From the NCBI GenBank assembly GCA_963772375.1, contig CAVYXG010000001.1:856086-920085 (forward strand): a stretch of DNA of 64,000 bases, read 5' to 3'. This DNA is from an uncultured Actinomycetes bacterium. GTDB taxonomy: Bacteria; Actinomycetota; UBA4738; JACQTL01. Below are positions 49,793 to 59,200 of the stretch, one piece after another; position 1 is the first letter of the stretch, and every line of letters starts with the position of its first letter. The translations under genes and the position numbers were made by a program. The notes under the pieces are model-generated. The model made no database searches, was not told where the DNA came from, and worked only from the letters and a program-made list of their open reading frames with translations.

Positions 49793-50245
49793 GTGATCGC
49801 GATCGAGGAATGCATCGTCATCGATCTCCCCCGTCGGCGGGTCTTTCCGGTCGCGGCCAGACCCGAGAACATGCCGCTGTGGAACTCAGCGGTCCTCGAG
49901 AGCGAGCTCGACGGCGCACTCATGGAGGGCACACGGGTCGTTCAGCGCATCCATCTCTTGGGCCGCCGGTTCCAGACCGCCTTTCGGGTGACCTGCTACG
50001 AACCCCCGCGCCAGATCACGTACACGAGCACCGCGGGGCCGATGGACATCCGAGGAACCATGGAATTCGTCCCCCTGCAAGGCCGAACGCTCGTTCGGTG
50101 GACCGTGGCCGGTAGTGGTCGAGACTTCTTCCGGGTCGGGGAGGGCGTCCTCGTCAGGGCCGGCCGGCACGAGATGCGCTCCTGCCTGGAGAACCTGAAA
50201 CGCTTCGTGGAGCAGACTGCGTCGATCCCAGCCGGGAGTCGATGA
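49793..50245 (+). CDS. SRPBCC-superfamily protein (polyketide cyclase/dehydrase-like)
   Basis: 150 aa with a START/Bet v1-like pattern (IEECIVIDLPRRRVFPVAARPENMPLWN...). Confidence 0.65.
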   Translation: MIAIEECIVIDLPRRRVFPVAARPENMPLWNSAVLESELDGALMEGTRVVQRIHLLGRRFQTAFRVTCYEPPRQITYTSTAGPMDIRGTMEFVPLQGRTLVRWTVAGSGRDFFRVGEGVLVRAGRHEMRSCLENLKRFVEQTASIPAGSR

Positions 50246-50520
50246 CGTAGTCGGCCACCTCGATCACGCCTCACTCCAAGGCCTTGACACGGAGGTCTCG
50301 AGATCAAGGGTTCTGCTCCCCGTTCTGCCGCCCCGTCTCGCGCTCGCGGCGATCCCGGGTGACCGTCGTATGGGAGTTGCAGAAGGCGTCGTAGGGGGCG
50401 GCACGGTCACCCAGCCCGGATGACGCAAGGGGCCTCTTCAGATGGGTCCCGTCACCACGGCGTCACCACGTAGGAGCACCGGCGAGCCCGCCGAGGACCT
50501 ACGGCAGCACAGCCTCCCAG

Positions 50521-50585
50521 GTCAGAAGGGGTGGGCGAGGGGGGAGTTGAACCCCCACCCGGTTGCCCGGACAGGATCCTGAATC
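50521..50585 (-). repeat. inverted 3'-half fragment of a tRNA-Leu(CAG)-like gene
   Basis: Reverse complement reads anticodon stem-loop CAGGA-TTCAGGA-TCCTG, variable arm TCCGGGCAACCGGGT, T-arm GGGGGTTCAACTCCCCC, acceptor CTCGCCCA. No matching 5' half. Followed by a CTGCTCACGCCTTGCTCAC arm-like motif. Confidence 0.6.
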
Positions 50586-50724
50586 CTGTCCCTGAACCGC
50601 TCGACCAATGCGAGATCCTGCTCACGCCTTGCTCACGACGGCTCGATTCTGACCGGCATTGGACAACACATAACGGCACTGGCCGAGGCGGACGTCGTGG
50701 GTCTCGTGCCTGCCGGCACTCGCT

Positions 50725-50795
50725 TTAGGATCCGGTGCCCGAAAGGGCGTGGGGGTTCGACTCCCCCCTCTCGCACCCCCTCTGACCTGCGAATC
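50725..50795 (+). repeat. direct repeat of the tRNA-Leu(TAG) 3' half (copy 5)
   Basis: Perfect 53-nt core plus CCTCTGACCTGCGAAT flank. ATGGCCTTCTTGCTCACGCTTGCTCAC follows about 70 nt downstream. Confidence 0.85.
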
Positions 50796-50933
50796 TTCGT
50801 TTCCTGCCGGCCCTCCGACCCTTCGCGACCAGGTCGGAAATGGCCTTCTTGCTCACGCTTGCTCACAGGGACGGCACCCAGACACTTCGTGCGATGCTTG
50901 AACCAGGGGGGTGAGATCTGGATCAGCCTGCCG

Positions 50934-53267
50934 TCAGCGGATTCGGCCGGCCTCGGTGACGGCGTCGCTCCCGTCGCCCGCCCGGGACGGCACCAGGCTG
51001 AACGCGCCCTCCTCCTCCTGCGCGTTGTGCAGACGGAGGACGGCGTAGAGCCCGTACAGCAGGCGCCGAAGCTCGACCACGTCCTCGGGCTGGACGTGGT
51101 CGTCGTCGAGTTCGGTGAGCAACCGCCGCAGCCGGCTCGCCTGGTGCTCGATCTCCGCGTGGGTCCGGCTCATCGCCGCGGTTGCGTCGGATCCGCCCAG
51201 TGCCCTGGCGACCAGCGGCACGAGCAACTCCTCCTCGGCACGCTCGTGCGGGAGCAGTTCGCCATCGAGTCGTTCGAGCAGCGTTCGCGCCGGTCCGAGG
51301 TGACAGTCCTCCGTCGAAAGTGCGTCGGCCACGGAACGGAACTGCTCGACCACCGGCATGACCGCGTCGTGCTCGGCCCGGAGCCGGTGCGCGATGGCGA
51401 CGTCGGCCGGCGCCATGGTGATGGTGTGGACGCTCCCCGGGAGCACCGCTCGAAGCGCGATCCCGATCGCCAGCACGTCGATGACCTCCTGAACGATCGC
51501 GCCGGCCGCGGGCGGGAGCAGTCCGCTGGCGGCCGCGACCATCGCGACGAGTGAGAGCCCCATGCCGACGACCACCGCCTGCAGGGCGATGCGCCTGGCC
51601 CGGCGCGCGATGAGGATCGCGTCGGCTAGCGCGTCGATCCGGTCGACCGTGAGCACGATGTCGGCCGCCTCGGACGAGGCCGTCGCTCCGCGTGCGGCCA
51701 GGGCGACGCCGACCCCGGCAGCGGCCAGGGCGGGGGCGTCGTTCACGCCGTCGCCGATCATGATTGTTGCGGCGTGTGCGGCCTCGGCTCGGATCGCGGC
51801 GAGCTTCTCGGCCGGCTCGCAATCGGCGAGCACCGTGTCGACCCCGACGATCCGCCCGATCGTTTCGGCGGTGTCGGCCCGGTCGCCGGTCGCCAGGACC
51901 ACCCGGCTGATACCGGCCTCGCGCAGGGCGCGAACCATCCGCGGCGCGTCGGGCCGGATCGGGTCCTCCAGCAGGAGCGCGCCGGCGGGCTCGCCGTCCA
52001 CGGCAACGAACACGGTGAGCGATCCGTCGAGGTCCGCTCGGCGGCGCACCTGTCGCACCCAGACGGGTGGGGCGTCACCGACCACCCAGGCGGCCTTGCC
52101 CAGTTTCACGTCGTGTCCGTCGACCCGCCCCCGAAGCCCGGAGCCGTGCTCTTCGTTGACGTCCTGGGGCATCGTGAGCGCGAGACCACGGCGGGTGCCT
52201 GCAGTGACGATCGCTCCGGCCAGGACGTGCGCGGACACCTGGTCGAGCGACGCGGCCAGTCGGAGCAGCTCATGGGCATCGACGCCGCTCGCAACGACCA
52301 CGTCGGCCAGCGTGGGACGACCCTGGGTCAGCGTGCCCGTCTTGTCGAATACCATGACGTGCCCCGCGGCCAGGCGTTCCAGCGCACTGCCGCCCTTGAC
52401 CACGACGCCGATGTGCGCCGCGCGGGACAGACCGGACATGATCGCGATGGGGGCGGCCAGCAGCAGCGGGCAGGGCGTCGCGACGACGAGGACGGCCACG
52501 GCTCGGACCGGGTCCCCGCTCACCGCCCATGCCGCGCCGGCGATCACCACGGTGAAGGGGACGAACAGGATGGCGAACCGGTCGGCGACGCGCACGAACG
52601 GCGCCGACGACGCCTGCGCCTGTTCCACGAGGCGAACGAGGCCCGCATAGGTGGACTCCTCGGCCGGCGAGGTGGCGACGAAGTCGATCGGCGGTCCTGC
52701 ATTCACCACACCGCTGCGAACTCCGTCGCCCGCTGGGCGCTCGACCGGGAGGGACTCGCCGGTCAACGCGGACTCGTCCAGCACCGCGGTGGACAGCAGC
52801 CGCCCGTCCACCGGCACGATCTCACCCGTGGCCACCAGCAGGCGATCACCCCTGATGACGTCGTTCGCCGGGATCTCGACCACGGCGCCCCGATCCAGTC
52901 GCCGGGCCGTCCGGGGGGCTCGCTCCACCAGCAGGCTCAGCTCGCGTCGCGCCCTCGTCGCCGCCCTGGCCTCGAGCAACTGACCGCTCGCGAGCATGAC
53001 CGTGATCATGGCTCCGGCGAACAGCTCGTCCACAGCAAGAGCACCCACCAGAGCGAGCACAGCGATGATGTCGACGCTCGGCTGACGGCGCCGGAGCGAG
53101 GCGACCGTCGAGACGACCGAGAAGGCGAGGCCGAGCACAGTCCCGGCGATCCAGAACACGTCGGCTGGCGTTTCGGCATCGGCGAACCACGCCACGCCGC
53201 CCGCCACGAGCAGCACCGTCGAAGCGACGAAGAGCAGCAGCTCCCTGCGATCGCGCAACCAGTCCAC
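50934..53267 (-). CDS. P1B-5-type heavy-metal P-type ATPase with C-terminal hemerythrin domain
   Basis: DKTGTLT, GDGVNDAPAL and a TM4 TPCP motif. The C-terminal roughly 140 aa have a hemerythrin/HHE pattern. The start is uncertain (GTG 53267 chosen). Confidence 0.8.
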   Translation of the reverse strand: MDWLRDRRELLLFVASTVLLVAGGVAWFADAETPADVFWIAGTVLGLAFSVVSTVASLRRRQPSVDIIAVLALVGALAVDELFAGAMITVMLASGQLLEARAATRARRELSLLVERAPRTARRLDRGAVVEIPANDVIRGDRLLVATGEIVPVDGRLLSTAVLDESALTGESLPVERPAGDGVRSGVVNAGPPIDFVATSPAEESTYAGLVRLVEQAQASSAPFVRVADRFAILFVPFTVVIAGAAWAVSGDPVRAVAVLVVATPCPLLLAAPIAIMSGLSRAAHIGVVVKGGSALERLAAGHVMVFDKTGTLTQGRPTLADVVVASGVDAHELLRLAASLDQVSAHVLAGAIVTAGTRRGLALTMPQDVNEEHGSGLRGRVDGHDVKLGKAAWVVGDAPPVWVRQVRRRADLDGSLTVFVAVDGEPAGALLLEDPIRPDAPRMVRALREAGISRVVLATGDRADTAETIGRIVGVDTVLADCEPAEKLAAIRAEAAHAATIMIGDGVNDAPALAAAGVGVALAARGATASSEAADIVLTVDRIDALADAILIARRARRIALQAVVVGMGLSLVAMVAAASGLLPPAAGAIVQEVIDVLAIGIALRAVLPGSVHTITMAPADVAIAHRLRAEHDAVMPVVEQFRSVADALSTEDCHLGPARTLLERLDGELLPHERAEEELLVPLVARALGGSDATAAMSRTHAEIEHQASRLRRLLTELDDDHVQPEDVVELRRLLYGLYAVLRLHNAQEEEGAFSLVPSRAGDGSDAVTEAGRIR

Positions 53268-53379
53268 CCATTCATTATTGGCCGACGTCGGGGGGTTGCA
53301 GCTCGTGCTTCGGATACCCGGTCCATCCTCGAGCGGCGGCGCGGCTCCGTCCCCCGCCCCCGACCCGGCGACTCGCCGA

Positions 53380-53700
53380 CCTGTGGCCCGATCGTGTTCG
53401 GGTTCTCGAAGCTCGACGTGATGTTCGGCAAACGGACGCCCGAGGCCGTCCGCATGCAGTACGAGCGCATCACCACCCGGAGCGTCCGGTTCCGGGGGGA
53501 GACGATCACCCGGATCGACCCGGCGCCGTCGCGTGGTCACCGACCTCGAGACCTACGAGGCCGACGTCATAGTGGTGGCCCTGGGGGCAGACCAGGACAT
53601 CGCCTCCCCGCGCCCGTTCGCGCCCCGCTTCGTCCCGGACCCATCCAGGCCGACATCCTTCACGTACCAGTGGGTCGAGCGGAACGGTTCCACGGCGCAG
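53380..53700 (+). pseudogene. fragments of an FAD/NAD(P)-dependent oxidoreductase
   Basis: FGFSKLDVMFGKRTPEAVRMQYERIT... and, in another frame, LETYEADVIVVALGADQD. Both are broken by frameshifts. Confidence 0.3.
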
Positions 53701-54128
53701 CACCCCATCTTCGTGCGGCTACAGTGGCGGAGTCCCAGCGGCAGCGTCGTGCACCTGCTGCGAGGCGACATGTCATTGCTTTACACGACGGAGACGTGTC
53801 GCGGAGCTTCGTAGTCGGTCAAGGCCGGGTCGAAGCGCGCACGGATGAGCGGTCTCCTTCAGCCCGCGGCGCAAACCGCCCCGGAACGTCGATGGCCTGC
53901 TGGAGGTTCGCGGGCCGTCCTTGCCCGGCGCGCAGGAGCCCCAAGAGCAGGATCGTCCTCCGTGGTCAGGCTGATGAGGGTCCTCCGTCGCCAGGGGGAG
54001 CACCATTCCCCGAGATTTCATCCTCCCCGACGAGCACGTTCCACCCTGATGCGGCCGCCCGGTGACCCGATGGAGCGGAAGAGCCGGCCCCCGGCATGAT
54101 GAGCCCGGGAGCCGGCACTCCGCTCTGC

Positions 54129-54362
54129 CTACGCGGTCGCCGCGCGACGCTCCGCCGCGAGCCGCTGAACAGCCTGCGCGTAGGTCGAGCCGCGCTCGAT
54201 GTCCAGGTAGTACTCGCACACGTCGCCCGGGATGATGTCCGAGCAGTGCCACAGCTGGCCGAACAGCCAGTCGATGGATCGAGGTTGACCGTCGTAGAAC
54301 GCCTCGCCCGGTACCTCGGTCCAGGTCATGCCCTGCTCGGCGTAGGACGATAAACGCATCGC
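54129..54362 (-). CDS. hypothetical small protein
   Basis: 77-aa MRLSSYAEQGMTWTEVPGEAFYDGQPRSIDWLFGQLWHCSDIIPGDVCEYYLDIERG... with natural amino-acid composition. Confidence 0.35.
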   Translation of the reverse strand, partial: AMRLSSYAEQGMTWTEVPGEAFYDGQPRSIDWLFGQLWHCSDIIPGDVCEYYLDIERGSTYAQAVQRLAAERRAATA

Positions 54363-55103
54363 GCAGATGACCTGCTGCGTGCATGCTTCTCGCCTCCTCC
54401 GTCTCGGCGCACGCACACCACCGCCAGGGTCGAGGTCCTCGGGCTGACCCGAGCCAGCAAGAGGGAGGGGGCGCTTCGAGTGGGGCCAGCGCCTCGTTCG
54501 AGCCCCGTCTACTCCAGGGTCGACACCTCGATCTACCGGGCGCAGCCGACCTTGAGAGTCTCCCTCATCGTGAGAGGCTCCCTCATTCCTTCGGTGCACA
54601 CGCGTCACCACTCATCCGGATGCCAGGGGCGACTGGGGGGGACGACCGGCTCGTCCTCGCGGGCCCTAGCCCGCTCCACCAGGCGGGCGGCGGCCTTCAT
54701 GCGCTCGGTCTCCGGCAGGGGCTGCGGCACCGGCTCCGGCAGCTCTGGGCCGAAGGGCAACGACTCGGCGTCGGTCAGCACATCGATCGACAGACCCCCG
54801 CACGGCCTCCAACCTCGCCTCCAGCTCGGGCCAGTATTTCTGGGGGATCACCCCGCGTACCTCCATCATGAGCCGAGGGCCGGACAGCACGGCCTCGGCC
54901 GGCGCTCGTCCCTGACCAGCACTTGAGGGAGACGGTCGCGAGCACCCCGATCGTCTTGTGGTGACGCCGAACACTGAAGTCCTCGCGACCTCGCCGTCCT
55001 CGCCGGCTCGCTCCCTCCAGCCTCTGAGTGGATGCGTGAGGCGTAGTCCACCAGCCATACCTTCTCCCCCAGCAGGCTCCCCCAGCAGGCCGTTCCTGGA
55101 TGC

Positions 55104-55361
55104 CTACGCGTACCTGCCGGCCGACCCGTGGACAGCTTCACCCCCGCGGAGGACCGCCTGGCGGGCCGCGTGGCACCGCTCGCACCGGACGAGACGGGCG
55201 GCCGGCTCGACAGGGATCTCCCGCATGATGGCGGCGGGCCTCGTCAGGTGGTGCTCAACGATGACGGCATGGTGCGAACAGACACCCGCGCCGCAGTCGA
55301 CGCAGACGCCGACGGCCGGAGTTGGCCGGCCTTCGCTCAGGATGCAATCAAGGCATTCCAT
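55104..55361 (-). CDS. DUF2180-type Cys-rich zinc-ribbon protein
   Basis: MECLDCILSEGRPTPAVGVCVDCGAGVCSHHAVIV... Confidence 0.5.
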   Translation of the reverse strand: MECLDCILSEGRPTPAVGVCVDCGAGVCSHHAVIVEHHLTRPAAIMREIPVEPAARLVRCERCHAARQAVLRGGEAVHGSAGRYA

Positions 55362-56565
55362 GTCCTGTCTCCTTCACCGCTGACGACGTCGCCGTTCGCG
55401 CGGGCATCCTGTCGACGGCCTCGCTGGGCCGCTTGCTGTCTCCATCGGGCTCCTCGCGACCTCGGAGACCCTCCGCGACCTGAGGCCATCGGAGCCGGTG
55501 ACGCAACCACAGCGCCACATATACGAGCCCGACGAGGACGGGCACCTCGATCAGCGGGCCGACGACGCCGGCGAGCGCCTGGCCGGATGCGGCGCCGAAC
55601 ACCCCAACGGCGACGGCGATGGCGAGCTCGAAGTCGTTGCTCGCGACGGTGAACGCCATGGCGGCCGTCTGGGGGTACGGGAACCGCAGCAGGCGACCGG
55701 CGCCGAACCCGGCGACCCACATGACCGCGAAGTACACGAGCAGCGGCAGCGCGATCCTGGCCACGTCGAGTGGGTTCGACGTGATCTCGTCGCCCTGGAT
55801 CGCGAACAGCAGCACGATGGTGAACAGCAGCCCGTACAGGGCGAGGGGGCTGATCTTCGGCACGAACCGCTCCTCGTACCACTCGCGGCCTCGGCGTCGA
55901 ACGAGGATCCGTCGGGTCAGGAACCCCGCTGTGAGTGGAATCCCCAGGAAGATCAGCACGGTGCGGGCGACCTCCCAGATCCCAACCTCGAACCCCTGGG
56001 TGTCCAGTCCCAGCCAGTTGGGGAGCAGCGTCAGGTACAAGTAGCCGAGGAGCGAGTAGGCCACGACCTGGAAGATCGCGTTGAACACCACCAGGATGGC
56101 TGCCCGTTCCCGGTCGCCGCACGCGATGTCGTTCCACACGAGGACCATCGCGATGCATCGCGCCAGTCCCACGATGATGACCCCGGTCCGGTAGGCGGGC
56201 TCGTGGGGGAGCAGCAGCCACGCCAAGGCGAACATGAGGAGCGGCCCGACCACCCACGACAGCACGAGCGAGGTGCCGAAGAATGCCCGGTTGCTCACCC
56301 CGTCGCGGCTCATGTGCCCGAGGTCCTCGTAGCGGACCTTCGCCAGCACCGGGTACATCATCAGCAACAGGCCGAGCGCGATCGGGAGCGAGACCGTGCC
56401 CACGCGCAGCCTGTCGAGGCCGTCGTTCAGGCTGGGGATAAACGTCCCCAGCAGGAGCCCGCCGGCCATGGCCAGCGCGATCCACAGAGGTAGGAACCGG
56501 TCGAGCCGCGACAGCCGAGCCACGACGCTCCCGTCATCACCCGGGGTGGGACCAGGAAGGTTCAT
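55348..56565 (-). CDS. arsenite efflux transporter, ACR3 family
   Basis: 405 aa from ATG 56565. Multi-TM ACR3 pattern (LPLWIALAMAGGLLLG...VGLARCIAMVLVWN...FTVASNDFELAIAVAV). 4-bp overlap with the arsR stop. Confidence 0.8.
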   Translation of the reverse strand: MNLPGPTPGDDGSVVARLSRLDRFLPLWIALAMAGGLLLGTFIPSLNDGLDRLRVGTVSLPIALGLLLMMYPVLAKVRYEDLGHMSRDGVSNRAFFGTSLVLSWVVGPLLMFALAWLLLPHEPAYRTGVIIVGLARCIAMVLVWNDIACGDRERAAILVVFNAIFQVVAYSLLGYLYLTLLPNWLGLDTQGFEVGIWEVARTVLIFLGIPLTAGFLTRRILVRRRGREWYEERFVPKISPLALYGLLFTIVLLFAIQGDEITSNPLDVARIALPLLVYFAVMWVAGFGAGRLLRFPYPQTAAMAFTVASNDFELAIAVAVGVFGAASGQALAGVVGPLIEVPVLVGLVYVALWLRHRLRWPQVAEGLRGREEPDGDSKRPSEAVDRMPARTATSSAVKETGHGMP

Positions 56566-56942
56566 CGAGACCTTTCCTCCCCTGGGATAAGCCATTCGAG
56601 GTCTCGCCTCAGGCGGTCGAGCCCCTCTGGCTCCAGCGCGTAGTGCACGCGGCGTCCCCGACGTGTCCTGCTGACAAGACCAGCTTCCCGCAGCAGGCGC
56701 ATGTGGTACGAGAGCAGGTTCGATGCGAGTCCCAGGTCGGTCTCGAGCTCGCACAGACAGCGAGTCCCCCGCCGGAGCTCGGCCAGGATCGCCTGGCGGG
56801 CGGGATCCCCGAGTGGGTTGAATCCCCGGGCACGTTCGGTGGTCGACCGATCAAGGATCGTTGAATGTTCCACTTTCCCCAGCTTCGCCGCACGACGGTG
56901 CGGAGACGGGGTCAGAAGTCCCGGGCCCGAGGTGCCGAACAT
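56562..56942 (-). CDS. ArsR/SmtB-family metalloregulator
   Basis: HTH ARQAILAELRRGTRCLCELETDLGLASNLLSYHMRLLREAGLV. The start may be internal. Confidence 0.7.
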   Translation of the reverse strand: MFGTSGPGLLTPSPHRRAAKLGKVEHSTILDRSTTERARGFNPLGDPARQAILAELRRGTRCLCELETDLGLASNLLSYHMRLLREAGLVSRTRRGRRVHYALEPEGLDRLRRDLEWLIPGEERSR

Positions 56943-56998
56943 CAGTCGGCCACCTCCGCCAACGAGGACGGAGGCCGGGGATCAACGCACCGGTTCGC

Positions 56999-57225
56999 TC
57001 AGGATCGGTCGGACCCGGCTCCTTGTGTCGCGAGCAGTTCGGTCATCAGCGCCTGGACCCGACGCTCGATCTCGTCCCGGATCGGCTGAACGTCGTCAAG
57101 TGACCTGCCCGCGGTGTCAGGAAGATCCCAGTCCAGATACCGCTTCCCCGGATACACGGGGCAAGCGTCGCCGCATCCCATCGTGATGACGACATCGGCG
57201 GCACGCACCAGCTCGTCCGTGAGGG
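56999..57225 (-). pseudogene. arsenate reductase (LMW-PTP-type ArsC) C-terminal fragment
   Basis: VITMGCGDACPVYPGKRYLDWDLPD is present, but the N-terminal CxxNxxRS P-loop is missing. Confidence 0.5.
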
Positions 57226-58263
57226 GCTTGGGAAACTACTTCGACATGTCGACGTCGAGTTCCTCGCGTGCACCTGCTGCACTCGATGGACGACACGTTC
57301 TCGCTGCGGGATCGCCTCGAGCGATCCCGTTCGGCGTGGGCGGCGGGTACATCGGGCTCGAGATGGCGGACGCGCTCATCCATCGCGGACTCGACGTGAC
57401 CTGCTGGAACAGGCTCCAGCAGTCATGACCACTGTCGACAACGAGCTGGGGGCGGTCGTCGGAGACGAGCTCCGGGCCAACGGCGTCGAGGCGAGGACCT
57501 CGGCCCTCGCTCGGCGAATCTCGCGGCAGGACGACCGGCTGATGGCCTCGGGCGAGGGGTTCGATGACGCCACCGGTGACGTGGTCCTCGTCGTTGTGAG
57601 CGTCCGACCCGATTCGGCGCTCGCCCTGGCCGCGCGAATCGAGCTCGGACTCCGCGACGCGATTCGCGTGGACTGGCGAATGCGCACGAACGTCCCGGAC
57701 GTGTTCGCCGCCGGCGACTGCGTGGAGACCTGGCACCGGCTGCTGCAGCGTCCCACCTACATGCCGCTCGGAACGGCGCGCACAATCAGGGCCGCATCGC
57801 CGGGGAGAACGCTGTGGGTGCCGACCGCGAGTTTCAAGGGAGCCTCGGCACACAGGTGGTCAAGGTCTTCGATCTGGCGATCGCGCGTACCGGGCTACAC
57901 GAGGCCGACGCCTCCCGTGAAGGGTATGACCGCTCACGACGCGATTGGAGACCTGGGACCACAAGTTCTACTACCCCGGGGGCGACGCGAATGACGATCC
58001 GAACGACCGGCGACCGTCGAGACGGTCAGTTTCTCGGGCGCAGAGCGTCGCGCAACCACCGGGGGCAGATCGCGAAAACGGATCGACGTGTTCGCCACGG
58101 TGTACGAGGGGATGCGTGTGGACGAGTTCTCGGACCTCGACCTCAGCCACACGCCGCCCTCAGCTCACCCTGGGACCCGGTGCAGATGGCAGGACAGAAC
58201 TGGATGACAACATGGGAAACGCAGCGCCGGGCCGGGGAGGTGCCCGCTTCCAGCACAAGATGA
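57114..58263 (+). pseudogene. pyridine-nucleotide-disulfide oxidoreductase (CoA-disulfide reductase/NADH oxidase family), multiply frameshifted
   Basis: VGGGYIGLEMA, AAGDCVETWHRLL and VVKVFDLAIARTGL motifs lie in three different frames. Confidence 0.45.
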
Positions 58264-58489
58264 GATCGCCGACTCGCCAGTGCCTAACCCTCTGATCATC
58301 GGCGTCGTGTGATCGGTCTGCAGAGGGCTCTTCTCCGTCCCGTCTCGCCAGGCCCTTGCCCGAGCATGGGCCCTCGGGTGTCAACGCCGGCCGAAAGCTG
58401 AACGGTTAGCGCCGGTCGAAACCCGTACACCTCAGGAACGCTCCGAGGTGGCCATCACCTCCTTGTCCCGACCCTTCAGCCGGTAGCTG

Positions 58490-59200
58490 TCACCCTTCAG
58501 CGCGATGACCTCGGCGTGGTGGATGAGGCGGTCGACCATGGCCGCGACGGCCACGGGGTCCCCGAAGATCTCCCCCCACGCGCTGAACGTCTTGTTGCGA
58601 GCTCACGATCAGCGAGGCCCGCTCGTAGCGGGAGGCGACCAGCTCGAAGAACAGGGCCGCGGCCTCGGGGTCGAACGGGATGTACCCCACCTCGTCCACG
58701 ATGACGCAGGGGAACCCTGCCGGAGCCGCTCGAGCTCGTCGTCGAGGCGCCCCGCCCGCCTGGCCGCCCCCAGCCTGCTCACCCACTGGTGGGCGGTGGC
58801 GAAGGCCACGCGGTGCCCGCGGCGGGCCGCCTGAACCGCGAGGGCGATCGACAGGTGGGTCTTGCCAGTGCCCGGCGGACCGAGGAACACGACGTTCGTC
58901 GCCTCGTGCCAGGAAGTCGAGCTGTGCCAGGTGGGCGATCTGGGTCCGCTTCACCGAACGGGCGAAGGAGAAGTCGAAGTCGTCGAGGGTCTTGACCTGG
59001 GGGAACCGGGCGGCCTTGATCCGGGCCGAGCCCCCGTGAGTTTCCCGGGAGGCGACCTCCTCGGAAAGGACCTGGGCCAGGTACTGCTCGTAGTCCCAGC
59101 CCTCGGACCGGGCCCGCTCGGCGAGCGAGGCCGCCAACGCCGCGATGCGGGGCGCCTTGAGAGCGCGGGAGAGGTACGCCAGCTCGGCTGCGGCGGCCAT
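58490..59200 (-). pseudogene. istB: IS21-family istB, disrupted by frameshifts
   Basis: The N-terminal IstB region is in one frame and Walker A (GPPGTGKTH) in another (58609-58890). The middle is low complexity. Confidence 0.55.

Noticed and set aside
26031-50800. Possibility that the five identical repeats form a CRISPR array
   Set aside because: Spacing is 3.6-8.3 kb, not 30-40 bp. The repeat is a tRNA 3' half, and there are no cas genes. It is an att-site repeat family, not CRISPR.
34369-50866. Recurrent peptide VREGGVEPPRPFGHRIL and SKREQEGH in several minus-strand ORFs (34369-34881, 37746-38153, 50633-50866)
   Set aside because: These are simply the translations of the complementary strand of the conserved tRNA-derived repeat and arm motif. 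They are not a protein family.
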